This document shows positions 20,251 to 29,445 of a stretch of DNA of 64,000 bases, piece after piece. The stretch's first letter is position 1. The number at the start of each line of letters is the position of its first letter. This DNA is from an uncultured virus (IMG/VR IMGVR_UViG_3300042868_008629) (Duplodnaviria; Heunggongvirae; Uroviricota; Caudoviricetes). Location: IMG/VR virus record IMGVR_UViG_3300042868_008629, positions 1 to 64,000 of that record. The stretch is one strand, 5' to 3'. Position numbers and translations under genes: made by a program. The notes beneath the pieces were generated by a model. That model did not search any database. It worked only from the letters and a program-made list of their open reading frames with translations, and had not been told where the DNA came from.

Positions 20251-20465
20251 TAGATAACAAGATATTATTGGAAACTTATATGATTGGTTTCTCTGACGAG
20301 TTGAAAGGTGAAACAAGGGAATTCAAAGACCCAATGTTAATAAGAGCATATGAGTTGGGAAAAGTTGATGCCTTTGTTGGTGATGATGTTATGTCCGTTA
20401 ATTACCAATCTGATGAACATTTATTAAAAAGAATTAAAAATTATGTTGAAACAAAGAGACTTTAA
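20247..20465 (+). CDS. Hypothetical protein
   Basis: ATGA overlap with the upstream gene. Confidence 0.5.
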   Translation: MIDNKILLETYMIGFSDELKGETREFKDPMLIRAYELGKVDAFVGDDVMSVNYQSDEHLLKRIKNYVETKRL

Positions 20466-20643
20466 ATTAAGTAAAACTATAAGTCTTCATTTTGGTGAAG
20501 AAGCAATGTGGTATATAATACCAACACTTGGTTTTCAAAGAATTAATTGGGAAGGTATAACTGATAAAAAAGAAATCACACACCTTTTTACGATAAAATG
20601 GTTAAAAGGTAGTATTGGTGTTATTAAAAGATATTGTTTATAA
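20443..20643 (+). CDS. Hypothetical protein
   Basis: Overlaps the upstream ORF; its stop lies in a TATAAC motif. Confidence 0.4.
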   Translation: MLKQRDFKLSKTISLHFGEEAMWYIIPTLGFQRINWEGITDKKEITHLFTIKWLKGSIGVIKRYCL

Positions 20644-20680
20644 CGATTGGGTGTGGATTATTAACAAAAAATACAATAAA

Positions 20681-20854
20681 ATGAATGAACAAGAAATGCG
20701 TGAATACTTAAAAGATAAATCTGAAGAGGAAATTAAAGAATTTATTATTGATAGGTTAAAAAAAATCTGTGAACAAGGTGAAAAACTATCAGTTGAGGAT
20801 GAAGATTACGAAAGGGCTGGTGAATTATTGAAAATTAAAAACAGATTAAAGTGA
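20681..20854 (+). CDS. Small protein with a UVR (UvrB/C)-like motif
   Basis: VEDEDYERAGELLKIKNRL; likely ATG at 20681 after an A-rich leader. Confidence 0.45.
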   Translation: MNEQEMREYLKDKSEEEIKEFIIDRLKKICEQGEKLSVEDEDYERAGELLKIKNRLK

Positions 20855-20870
20855 TAAACGGAACACTTAC

Positions 20871-20924
20871 ACATAACGTCCGATGATAAACAATCGTTTT
20901 GATGTTGTTTATCATTTGTTATAC
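20871..20924 (+). repeat. attC-like imperfect palindrome
   Basis: ACATAAC-gtccg-ATGATAAACAA...TTGTTTATCAT-tt-GTTATAC. Confidence 0.55.
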
Positions 20925-20994
20925 ATAGTATTTTTTGTGCGGTGGGCTGATATTATCAAAATAAATTAGTATATTTACAAAAAAATAAAAAATT

Positions 20995-21390
20995 ATGGGA
21001 GAATTATTAGAAACATTAAAAAAACAAAATTCAAGTGAATTAATCACAAAATGGGAAACTATTGGGTTTCTGAGTAACGCCAAAAACAAAAGAAATTTGG
21101 CATTGGCGTGTGAATTTTCAGCGTTATATCTATTAGACAATACAGAAAAGTATAATGGAGAAATAACAACATTAACACATCCAGTGATTGTTAGAATTTT
21201 TAGGGGAATAGAAGAAGATTTACCAGCCGAATTAATTTTTGATAAAGTGGTTCAGATTATTATACAACTTTCAGTTAAATTAATAACATATCAAACAACT
21301 GAAGTATGGAATAATAGAAACCCAAATTTAGACAATAAAGATATTGAAGCGGAATTTGTTAAAGATTTTTGTGATAATTTTCAACTTTAG
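20995..21390 (+). CDS. Protein resembling the N-terminal segment of T4-gp23-type major capsid proteins; bounded by inverted repeats
   Basis: ITKWETIGFL...LALACE...LYL...HPVIVRIF pattern; inverted repeats at 20918-20936 and 21411-21429. Confidence 0.45.
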   Translation: MGELLETLKKQNSSELITKWETIGFLSNAKNKRNLALACEFSALYLLDNTEKYNGEITTLTHPVIVRIFRGIEEDLPAELIFDKVVQIIIQLSVKLITYQTTEVWNNRNPNLDNKDIEAEFVKDFCDNFQL

Positions 21391-21520
21391 TTTAAACCTA
21401 TGCGTGGATAAAAAAATATTGTGTATAACTAAGAAATATACCCAATTGTCTTTAACCCCAACAAAATCAAGGTATTAAACAACACAACCTTCAAGTTTCA
21501 AATATAAAATTGTAATTGAT

Positions 21521-22297
21521 ATGATTAAAAAATTGGTTCATTTCTCAGATTTGCATTTGAGATTAATTAAAGACCACGACCTATATAAAACAATCCTTAC
21601 GGATATGTTTAACCAATTCAAGGAAATACAACCTGATAGAGTCGTATTTACAGGCGACCTAGTACATAGTAAAAATCAAGTCAGCCCTGAACTTATTGAA
21701 ATGGTAAGGTGGGTATTAGATGAATGTTCAAAGATTGCCAAAACAATTGTTATTGTTGGTAACCACGATATGTTGGAGAACAACTTATCACGATTAGACA
21801 CATTAACCCCCATCATCCAATCAATGGACAATGACAATATTGTTTATTATAAGGATAGAGGTGTATATCAAGACGAAAATATAGATTGGGTTGTTTATTC
21901 ATTATTTGAACATAACATTCCACCAGTTATAGAGAAGTCAGACAGATTAAAGATTGGGTTATTTCACGGACCTATTGTTGGTTTATACACAGATATTGGA
22001 TATAAGTTTGAGACAGGATATGAGGTCAGTAAGTTTGAAGGATGTGATATTGTTCTATGTGGTGATATACATGCCAGACAAACGATTTATTTGGATAAAA
22101 CACCAATAATCCAAGTAGGCTCAACAATCCAACAAAACTTTGGGGAATCTTTACGGAAACACGGATTTGGAATATATGATGTTATTAAAGATGATTATTC
22201 ATTTGTTGACTTGAATAATCCTCGACCATTCCTTAAGTTTGAGATGAACTCATTTGAAGATATTATTGATGGAAAAGAAAAATTACTTAACGCTTAA
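21521..22297 (+). CDS. SbcD/Mre11-like metallophosphoesterase (gp47-like)
   Basis: HFSDLH, TGDLVH, VGNHD, LFHG, GDIH and QQNFGE motifs. Confidence 0.85.
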   Translation: MIKKLVHFSDLHLRLIKDHDLYKTILTDMFNQFKEIQPDRVVFTGDLVHSKNQVSPELIEMVRWVLDECSKIAKTIVIVGNHDMLENNLSRLDTLTPIIQSMDNDNIVYYKDRGVYQDENIDWVVYSLFEHNIPPVIEKSDRLKIGLFHGPIVGLYTDIGYKFETGYEVSKFEGCDIVLCGDIHARQTIYLDKTPIIQVGSTIQQNFGESLRKHGFGIYDVIKDDYSFVDLNNPRPFLKFEMNSFEDIIDGKEKLLNA

Positions 22298-22889
22298 TAA
22301 ACAAAACCAAAAAGATTTAACTGATTATTGTAAGTTAAATAATATTGAAGATGTTGATAAGTTCTTCCAGAAATGTTTTAAGAGGGGATATGATATTGAA
22401 AGATATGGATTGATTGGAAATACAAGTGAACCTGAAAAAATAATAGAATATGTTGAAAAAGAAGTTCCTATTGAGGTTGTTAAATATATCGAGAAAGAGA
22501 CAATTAGAGAAGTCCCAATCGAAGTTATTAAAGAGGTTGAAAAGGAGGTCATTAACACAGTCTATGTCGAGAAGGAAGTCCCAATCGAAAAGATAGTTGA
22601 GGTAATAAAAGAAATACCTATTTACATATCAGGTGACACTCAAATTATTGAAAAGATAATTGAAATTCCAATTGAGGTTATAAAAGAAGTTGAAGTAGTT
22701 AAGGAGATTGATAAACCAAATGAAAAGATGGGGATGTTACAAGAAACCTTGATGAAACTGAGAAGGGAAATGGGGGATAAAGACAAAACAATTACAGAAC
22801 TCAACAATAAGATTGAACAATTAGAGAAATTGGTATCAAACACTGGTGCCATATATATGAAAGGGTCAAACCTCAGTCAAAATCTTTAA
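22269..22889 (+). CDS. Protein with (E/K)EVPIEV(I/V)KE repeats and a C-terminal coiled coil
   Basis: Multiple EVPIEVVK/EVIKEVE units; likely start 22269. Confidence 0.55.
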   Translation: MEKKNYLTLNKQNQKDLTDYCKLNNIEDVDKFFQKCFKRGYDIERYGLIGNTSEPEKIIEYVEKEVPIEVVKYIEKETIREVPIEVIKEVEKEVINTVYVEKEVPIEKIVEVIKEIPIYISGDTQIIEKIIEIPIEVIKEVEVVKEIDKPNEKMGMLQETLMKLRREMGDKDKTITELNNKIEQLEKLVSNTGAIYMKGSNLSQNL

Positions 22890-22926
22890 TTTTTTATTAG
22901 TCCCACTATTTTAATATAAAAAAGTA

Positions 22927-23226
22927 GTGGGATTTATTTACTTCATCAAAGACAACGCAAATCAAGTTAAAATAGGTTACACAAAAAGAAATGTAAAAGA
23001 TAGGGTTAAAGAGTTGAACTCGCCAAATTTAATTACTATACTTGAATACGAGACAAAGTACCCCACACAACTCGAAAAAGCATTACATTTCAGGTTCAAA
23101 AAACATAATATTGAAAGAGAATGGTTTTGTTTGGATGACTTCAAGGTTGAAGAACTGAAACAGATATGTGAAATGTTGAATGAGGGACTTTGTGCAATAA
23201 AAGAAAACAATTATTTCAAATTATGA
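22927..23226 (+). CDS. T5orf172 / GIY-YIG-like domain protein
   Basis: GFIYFI, VKIGYT, RVKEL, LEKALH..F and REWF motifs. Confidence 0.7.
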   Translation: MGFIYFIKDNANQVKIGYTKRNVKDRVKELNSPNLITILEYETKYPTQLEKALHFRFKKHNIEREWFCLDDFKVEELKQICEMLNEGLCAIKENNYFKL

Positions 23227-23576
23227 TTTCAGTACAATTAATTACTTGGTTTATCCTATCTTACGGATTAATGAACATTATGGTTTATGGAAGTATATTC
23301 CAAGGACTTAGAGATTTCTTCAAGAATCTTGGAAATAATCCGTATCAACCATTCCAATTCTTTTTCCACTTCATTGATGGTATTTTATCTTGTCCAATGT
23401 GTTTCAGTTTTCACGGAGGATGGTTTTTATCATTGGTAATATTCTCACCTGTTCATATATTGTTTGGAGTTCCTATTTGGGGTTCTTGGTTCTTTGATGC
23501 TATTTTATCATCAGGTGCTGTATGGGCAATCAATGCAATCGTTGAATATTTTGAGGAAAATAGACCATCTAAATAA
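23223..23576 (+). CDS. Small membrane protein with CxxC (DUF1360-like)
   Basis: Hydrophobic helices plus LSCPMCFSFH; likely ATG at 23223. Confidence 0.55.
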   Translation: MISVQLITWFILSYGLMNIMVYGSIFQGLRDFFKNLGNNPYQPFQFFFHFIDGILSCPMCFSFHGGWFLSLVIFSPVHILFGVPIWGSWFFDAILSSGAVWAINAIVEYFEENRPSK

Positions 23577-23591
23577 TTAAAAAAAATTAAA

Positions 23592-23798
23592 ATGAAGTTA
23601 GTAGAGTTTAAATTAGAAAAAGGTTCAGTTTTCGTCAATCCTGATAAGATTGTTTCAGTTAGTGAAAAACCTGATGGAAGGACAGAAATAACAACAACAA
23701 ATTATAATGAATTTTATAATGTTGACGATAATATCACTAATGTTCTCAAACGATTGGACATTTATGGTAATTTTACAATTTACAAATTAAATCAATAA
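23592..23798 (+). CDS. Hypothetical protein
   Basis: VFVNPDKIVSV pattern (FlbD-like small beta protein). Confidence 0.45.
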   Translation: MKLVEFKLEKGSVFVNPDKIVSVSEKPDGRTEITTTNYNEFYNVDDNITNVLKRLDIYGNFTIYKLNQ

Positions 23799-23802
23799 CA
23801 AA

Positions 23803-24054
23803 ATGGGAAAGGCAAAAAAAGAACACAACAGAAAGATTGCAAAAAGAAACGAAAGAATTGCTGCAGAAAAGAAAAAGTTCCAAAAACAATACACTGAATT
23901 GTTGGAACAAAAATTGAAAGAATACCAGGCAAAACTTACAGAAAACGAACAATTAGAAAATGAAATGAAAATCTCTTTAGGTGGACAAGATTTGAATTTC
24001 TCTATTGTTGACCCAAGTGAAATAGAAGTACCAACCACAGAAGAAAACCAGTAA
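23803..24054 (+). CDS. Hypothetical basic coiled-coil protein
   Basis: ORF in operon. Confidence 0.5.
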   Translation: MGKAKKEHNRKIAKRNERIAAEKKKFQKQYTELLEQKLKEYQAKLTENEQLENEMKISLGGQDLNFSIVDPSEIEVPTTEENQ

Positions 24055-24061
24055 CATCCCT

Positions 24062-26434
24062 ATGGATTTATTCAATCCACCCCCAGATTACAATTACAAT
24101 TTTATGATTAAAGATATTGATTTTAACAAATTTGATAACCCATATATTCAAGTTGTATGGGAGGATTATCCTGAAAACTTTACACAAGAAAAGATAAAGA
24201 GTGTTAGACATTACTTCCAAAAGAAGTATAACTCAACTAATGTTAATGTAATAACCAAAACTAAATCTAGTGAGGTTACAACACAAACAATTGATGTATC
24301 ATTCAATATCTTGGATAAGAACTATCAATATGTATTGGTAAAATCATTCTTGGAAAACAAAAATCTAACAAATCTAACAGAATCCATTCTTAATTTGGAT
24401 AAAGCTGTTGATAGTAGATTATTATTAAATGAAAGTGAGATATCACCCTTTAAAAGATGGTATATCAAAAACATTGAGTTCTCCAATTTCTTATCGTATG
24501 GTGAAAATCAAAAGATTGATTTTGATAAGTGTAATGGTATCTCGGTGGTGGAATCAAATCCCCCTAACTTTGGTGGGAAAACGGTTTTAACAGTGGATTT
24601 ATTGTTATTCTTATTCTTCAATGAAACAACCAAAACATCAAAAGCTGAAGAAGTTTTCAATAGATTTTCTAGTAAGGATAAAGTTCACGTCAAAGGTGAA
24701 ATTATCATTGATGGTGATGAATATGTTATTGTTAGAAATATTGAAAGAAAGAAGAAAAAAGATGGGGATTGGAATGTAAAAACTGAATTAGATTTCTTTA
24801 AGAAGTTATCAGATGGAACATTACAGAACTTCACAGGAGAACAAAGGAGAGAAACTGAAAGTTTCATTAAAACTTCTATTGGTACGAAGGAAGATTTCTT
24901 AATGACAATTTTAACTACGGCAACAAACCTTGAAGAGTTAATTGACTCTAAACCCACAGCAAGAGGGCAGGTATTGTCTAGATTTATGGGGTTGGACTTT
25001 ATTAAAAAGAAGGAAGACACTGGTAAAGAAATCTATTCAGAGTTTTCCAAGTCAATGTTATCAAATGTATATTCAAGTGAAAAGTTGAAATCAGACAATG
25101 ATGGATACAAAGAAAGAATTGAATTACTACAAACGGAAAACATTACCCAACAAAACAATTTGATTGATGTTCAAAATAGGATAATCAAAGGACAAGAATA
25201 TAGAGATACATTACTAAAATCCAAACATACGGATATTGATATTGAAATCTCGAATATTGTTCCTGAGCGTATTGAAAGTGAAATCATCGGGATTAAAACC
25301 CAAAAACAAAGTGTTGAAAAACAATTAAAAGAACTCAAAGTGGTTGAACCAACAGAGTTTTACTCGGAACAAGAACACGACTGGTTAAAAGATGAACACA
25401 AACATTATTACAAAAAGATTGTCCAATTAGAACAAAATATTAAATCGATTGAAAGTTTAAAATCTTCAGTTGATGGTGGAATTAAATGTGAACATTGTGG
25501 TATTGAATTGATGATGGCCTCAATAACCCAAAACAAAATTGCTGAACTTGAAGGACTTATCATTCATAAAACCGAAAATGAGGTGTTAATGAATGATTTA
25601 ATAATCAGAGAAGCTAAGTATGTTCAGTTAAAAAAAGAATTTGATGAGTATGAGAAAAACAAACTTATCAAAGAAAAATATGAACTTACAATTGAGGGTT
25701 ATCTGATGAAAATCAAAGGATTGGAAGATAAGTTGGAAAAGTTTAACTTGTTACAGGATAAAATATCCACAAACAACAAGATTGAAACCCAACTTATCAA
25801 AGCCAACCTAAGATTAGATGAACTAGATAGAGAAAAATCATCAGTTAAAAGAATATTGGATTCTAACAACTATCAAATTCAAAGTTTAAAAGATAAGATT
25901 GAACAAAATATCCAAATGATTGAGAAAATCAAAGTTGAAGCTGAAAAAGAAAGAATCTATAAAGTTTATTTGGAAATCTTTGGAAAGAATGGTATATCTA
26001 AAACAATAATGAAAACAATGATTCCAATGTTGAACTCTGAGTTACAAAGATTATTGGAAGATAGTTGTCATTTTAGATTGGAAATCAACATAAATGACAA
26101 GAATGAGGTTGAATTTGTTATGATTGATAACAACACCCAAGTTGAGAAATTAATGTCCTCTGGGTCAGGTTATGAAAGAACCATAGCATCATTAGCATTG
26201 AGAGCTGTATTGACAAAAATATGTTCTTTACCAAAACCGAATATTGTTGTTATGGATGAGGTATTTGGAAAGATATCAAACGAGAACTTGGAAATGGTTG
26301 GTGAATTTTTCACTAAAATTAAAAACTATTTTGAAAAGATATTCGTTATAACCCACAATCCATTGGTTAGTAATTGGGCTGACAACATTATAAAGATTAC
26401 CAAAGAAAACAATATTAGTAGTGTGAGTCAGTAA
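24062..26434 (+). CDS. SbcC/Rad50-like ABC ATPase (gp46-like)
   Basis: FSNFLSYG, Walker A NFGGKT, coiled coil with CEHC zinc hook, Walker B VVMDEVFG, H-loop ITH. Confidence 0.85.
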   Translation: MDLFNPPPDYNYNFMIKDIDFNKFDNPYIQVVWEDYPENFTQEKIKSVRHYFQKKYNSTNVNVITKTKSSEVTTQTIDVSFNILDKNYQYVLVKSFLENKNLTNLTESILNLDKAVDSRLLLNESEISPFKRWYIKNIEFSNFLSYGENQKIDFDKCNGISVVESNPPNFGGKTVLTVDLLLFLFFNETTKTSKAEEVFNRFSSKDKVHVKGEIIIDGDEYVIVRNIERKKKKDGDWNVKTELDFFKKLSDGTLQNFTGEQRRETESFIKTSIGTKEDFLMTILTTATNLEELIDSKPTARGQVLSRFMGLDFIKKKEDTGKEIYSEFSKSMLSNVYSSEKLKSDNDGYKERIELLQTENITQQNNLIDVQNRIIKGQEYRDTLLKSKHTDIDIEISNIVPERIESEIIGIKTQKQSVEKQLKELKVVEPTEFYSEQEHDWLKDEHKHYYKKIVQLEQNIKSIESLKSSVDGGIKCEHCGIELMMASITQNKIAELEGLIIHKTENEVLMNDLIIREAKYVQLKKEFDEYEKNKLIKEKYELTIEGYLMKIKGLEDKLEKFNLLQDKISTNNKIETQLIKANLRLDELDREKSSVKRILDSNNYQIQSLKDKIEQNIQMIEKIKVEAEKERIYKVYLEIFGKNGISKTIMKTMIPMLNSELQRLLEDSCHFRLEININDKNEVEFVMIDNNTQVEKLMSSGSGYERTIASLALRAVLTKICSLPKPNIVVMDEVFGKISNENLEMVGEFFTKIKNYFEKIFVITHNPLVSNWADNIIKITKENNISSVSQ

Positions 26435-26438
26435 AAAT

Positions 26439-26469
26439 AAAATGGTGAGAAAAAAACTCACCATTTTTT
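26439..26469 (+). terminator. Intrinsic terminator
   Basis: AAAATGGTGAG / CTCACCATTTT stem followed by a T run. Confidence 0.75.
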
Positions 26470-26490
26470 CTTTTAACAGAAATATTATTC

Positions 26491-26498
26491 TATCTTTG
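26491..26498 (+). promoter_or_regulatory. Bacteroidota-type -7 promoter element (TAnnTTTG)
   Basis: TATCTTTG just after a terminator and 25 nt before the ATG at 26524. Confidence 0.5.
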
Positions 26499-26523
26499 TA
26501 TCCAACAAAAACGGCATAACAAT

Positions 26524-27039
26524 ATGAAATACCTACTTTCAATTTTCATCGAACACAACGAACAAGAATTATTTGTAAAATCTATTGGTAAGGAGATTAG
26601 TACTATCTCATCCAAAAATGGTGTAAAATACTTTTTCGGCCCTCAGACAGCATTATTCACTTTCGAAACGAAACTTTCTTTTGAAGGTGTAAAAAACTTT
26701 TTTGACTCAATCCTAAGTGATTTGTCAATAACACATATCCTTGTCCCAATAAAAACTGACAAAATGTCATATTGGTTCGAAAAAGAACACGAGAAACTAT
26801 TGTTTGGTACGGATATTTGTGCAACGAATGAAGAATATTCAGAGGAAGAACAAGAAGAAATGAGAGAAGCAATTTTGGGTGACTTAACCAAAATCTTTGA
26901 GAAAGAAATTATCGAAGAAAATAGAGTCAAACAAAAAATTGTTCCTACCTTGGATGACCTTTTGGATAAGATTAATATGAGTGGGTTGAACTCACTAAAT
27001 GAAGAAGAAAAAGATTTGTTAAAACAATATTCAAAATAG
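26524..27039 (+). CDS. Hypothetical protein with a C-terminal DUF6576-like motif
   Basis: LDDLLDKINMSGLNSLNEEEKDLL. Confidence 0.5.
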   Translation: MKYLLSIFIEHNEQELFVKSIGKEISTISSKNGVKYFFGPQTALFTFETKLSFEGVKNFFDSILSDLSITHILVPIKTDKMSYWFEKEHEKLLFGTDICATNEEYSEEEQEEMREAILGDLTKIFEKEIIEENRVKQKIVPTLDDLLDKINMSGLNSLNEEEKDLLKQYSK

Positions 27040-27040
27040 C

Positions 27041-27841
27041 ATGAAAGAAAAAAATTCAGGTATTCCAATCAATCAAGAAGAGATTCAACAATATCTCAAA
27101 GACATTAGAAAGAAAAAAGTTATGACTCCTGAGAGAGAGAAGGAATTATCCTCTTTGATGAAATCAGGTACATTAACATCAGGTGATGTGGATAAAGTCC
27201 ATAAAGAACTATTGGAGGGTAATCTTCGTTTTGTTATTACAGTTGCAAAACAATATCAAAATCAAGGATTGGATTTGGCTGACCTTATTGCTGAAGGTAA
27301 TTTGGGTTTAATGAAGGCCATTAAGAACTTTGATTGGAACAAAGATTTGAGATTTATATCCTATGCCGTGTGGTGGGTAAAACAATCAATCCTACAAAGT
27401 TTAAATGACAATGCAAGAACCATTCGTCTCCCTGTGAATGTGGTTCAAGACCTCCATAGAGCCAAGAAAGAAATTGACGCCAAAGGTGGGGAGTTAGATA
27501 GTAGATTTACCAGTCTTCCATCTATGGTTGATTTGGATATGGAAATCAATGAAGAAGGAGATAATCTATTCGATGTATTGAAAAATGATGACGCTGATAT
27601 GCCTGATGAAGCATTTCATACCAAGGACATTTTAAGAACAAAACTATTAGGGTTATTGACTTGTTTGGATGAAAGGGAACGAGCAATCGTTGAGGACTAT
27701 TTTGGCCTATCTGGTTCACCAAGAACATTGGAAGACATCGGTGGTGATTTTAATCTAACGAAAGAGAGAGTGAGACAGATAAAGGAAAAGTCATTGAGAA
27801 AGTTGAGAAACCTATCAGGTGACCTATTTGAATGGATGTAA
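27041..27841 (+). CDS. RNA polymerase sigma-70 factor, Bacteroidota primary-sigma type
   Basis: NLRFVITVAKQYQNQG, DLIAEGNLGLMKA, FISYAVWWVKQSI, RLPVN, and region 4 TLEDIG..FNLTKERVRQIKEK. Confidence 0.9.
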   Translation: MKEKNSGIPINQEEIQQYLKDIRKKKVMTPEREKELSSLMKSGTLTSGDVDKVHKELLEGNLRFVITVAKQYQNQGLDLADLIAEGNLGLMKAIKNFDWNKDLRFISYAVWWVKQSILQSLNDNARTIRLPVNVVQDLHRAKKEIDAKGGELDSRFTSLPSMVDLDMEINEEGDNLFDVLKNDDADMPDEAFHTKDILRTKLLGLLTCLDERERAIVEDYFGLSGSPRTLEDIGGDFNLTKERVRQIKEKSLRKLRNLSGDLFEWM

Positions 27842-27876
27842 TTAATAAACAATTAATATTTATAAAAAAAGAAAGT

Positions 27877-28170
27877 ATGAAAACAATAACTGAATTTTTG
27901 GGGAAACACGGATTGATTATAGCATTAGTTCTAGTTTTAATTTCTACTTGTACAGGAAGTATGAGTAAAAAACTAAGTGAGAAGAAAATGTTGAATCAAA
28001 TCGATAGTTTAAGAACTGAAGTAGTAATTTTGAAACAAGAACTACTAAAAGAAATTAAAATTGAAGGATTGAAAGCTGAGAAAAGAATGATTCAATCAAC
28101 AGACAGAAAAATCCTTGATGTTAATAGACAAGCTGAAATAGACAAAGAACTTCAGCAACTTGAAAAATGA
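27877..28170 (+). CDS. Membrane-anchored coiled-coil protein
   Basis: N-terminal hydrophobic helix then coiled coil; TATTTATA at 27857-27864. Confidence 0.5.
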   Translation: MKTITEFLGKHGLIIALVLVLISTCTGSMSKKLSEKKMLNQIDSLRTEVVILKQELLKEIKIEGLKAEKRMIQSTDRKILDVNRQAEIDKELQQLEK

Positions 28171-28625
28171 AAATAATAATCACGGAACAACAATTAGAAG
28201 AAATAAATAGATTTCAGATGAGAGATGACCCCAAATATAGGGGTTGTCTTATGTCTGACCTAACCAGAATGGAGTTGATTGATAACTTCCTAAAAAAAGT
28301 TGAAGACAATCCTGAATATAATACTGAAGACCCTGATTATGATATGTTATTAGATGATTGGGATGGGTATGATGACCAGGTATATATTCAAAATAAAGAT
28401 ACCTCAATTGTATTTTGGGAAGGTTGGGTTAAGAGTTGTTGGGATGCTGCATTTAAGAAAGAACAATATAAAGAATTAAAAAAATCGGAAGTTATTAATA
28501 AAATAATTGAAGAAAGGTTTCCAAGGATAGCAGATGAGTTTGATATGGATATAATTGATTATGGATACATTGATAATGATGGTTATATAATGTATATTGA
28601 AATGAAAAAACAAAATAATGAATAA
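28167..28625 (+). CDS. Hypothetical protein with MKIIITEQQL leader
   Basis: N-terminal leader related to those of the 43563 and 58415 proteins. Confidence 0.5.
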   Translation: MKIIITEQQLEEINRFQMRDDPKYRGCLMSDLTRMELIDNFLKKVEDNPEYNTEDPDYDMLLDDWDGYDDQVYIQNKDTSIVFWEGWVKSCWDAAFKKEQYKELKKSEVINKIIEERFPRIADEFDMDIIDYGYIDNDGYIMYIEMKKQNNE

Positions 28626-29445
28626 CTTATTTACTTGGATTAAAAATAATCCCATCCGTTCTATGTTTTTAATTCCCATCTTTTTGGTGGCTGGTATATC
28701 CATATCTCACGTTGTTGCTTGGTATGATATAACAAACCCTTATAGTTGGGCAATATATTTATCAATTGCGATTGAGATTGGTGCTATAACAGCACTGATT
28801 GCCGCAACACAAAGAATTAAAGGTGGCGTGTGGTTTATGTTTGGTTTGGTAACATTTGTTCAAATGGTGGGAAATATATTCTACTCATATAAAGAGATTG
28901 ACCCGACAGGAGAATTGTTCACATCTTGGGTTGAACTTACGTCCCCAATCTTCGAATTGTTTGGAACAGAACCAACAGACATTATATCACATAAAAGATG
29001 GTTGGCAATATTGGGTGGTGGTTTATTACCTGTAATATCCTTAACATCACTACACTTCTTTGTAAAGTATGAAGAACCTGAAAAACCAACTACCAACGAT
29101 ACTCAAATCGATAAAGATTTAGAAATTGTGTCATTGATGGATTTGGAAACAATTTTGGAAAAAGAAGAGGAAGAAAAACCAAAAGTTAAAAAAGGTAGAA
29201 AGAAAAAAGAAGTTGTTGAATCACCGATTGAGGAAAAAGTTGAAATAACAACAGAAGAATTACCTACAATAGATTCTAAAATTGAAAGTGAGGAAGTTGA
29301 AACAGAGGTACAACCATATTTGAATCCTCAAGATTTTGGACTTAAATTGGAATCAGAAATACAAAAAGATGAAATACCAGTAACGCCAACTCGTCCGACA
29401 AAACTGACATACACCAAACCAAATATGTCCATAGATAGATTATGA
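28618..29445 (+). CDS. Multi-pass membrane protein with acidic C-terminal tail
   Basis: About 4 hydrophobic segments followed by an E/K-rich region. Confidence 0.55.
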   Translation: MNNLFTWIKNNPIRSMFLIPIFLVAGISISHVVAWYDITNPYSWAIYLSIAIEIGAITALIAATQRIKGGVWFMFGLVTFVQMVGNIFYSYKEIDPTGELFTSWVELTSPIFELFGTEPTDIISHKRWLAILGGGLLPVISLTSLHFFVKYEEPEKPTTNDTQIDKDLEIVSLMDLETILEKEEEEKPKVKKGRKKKEVVESPIEEKVEITTEELPTIDSKIESEEVETEVQPYLNPQDFGLKLESEIQKDEIPVTPTRPTKLTYTKPNMSIDRL

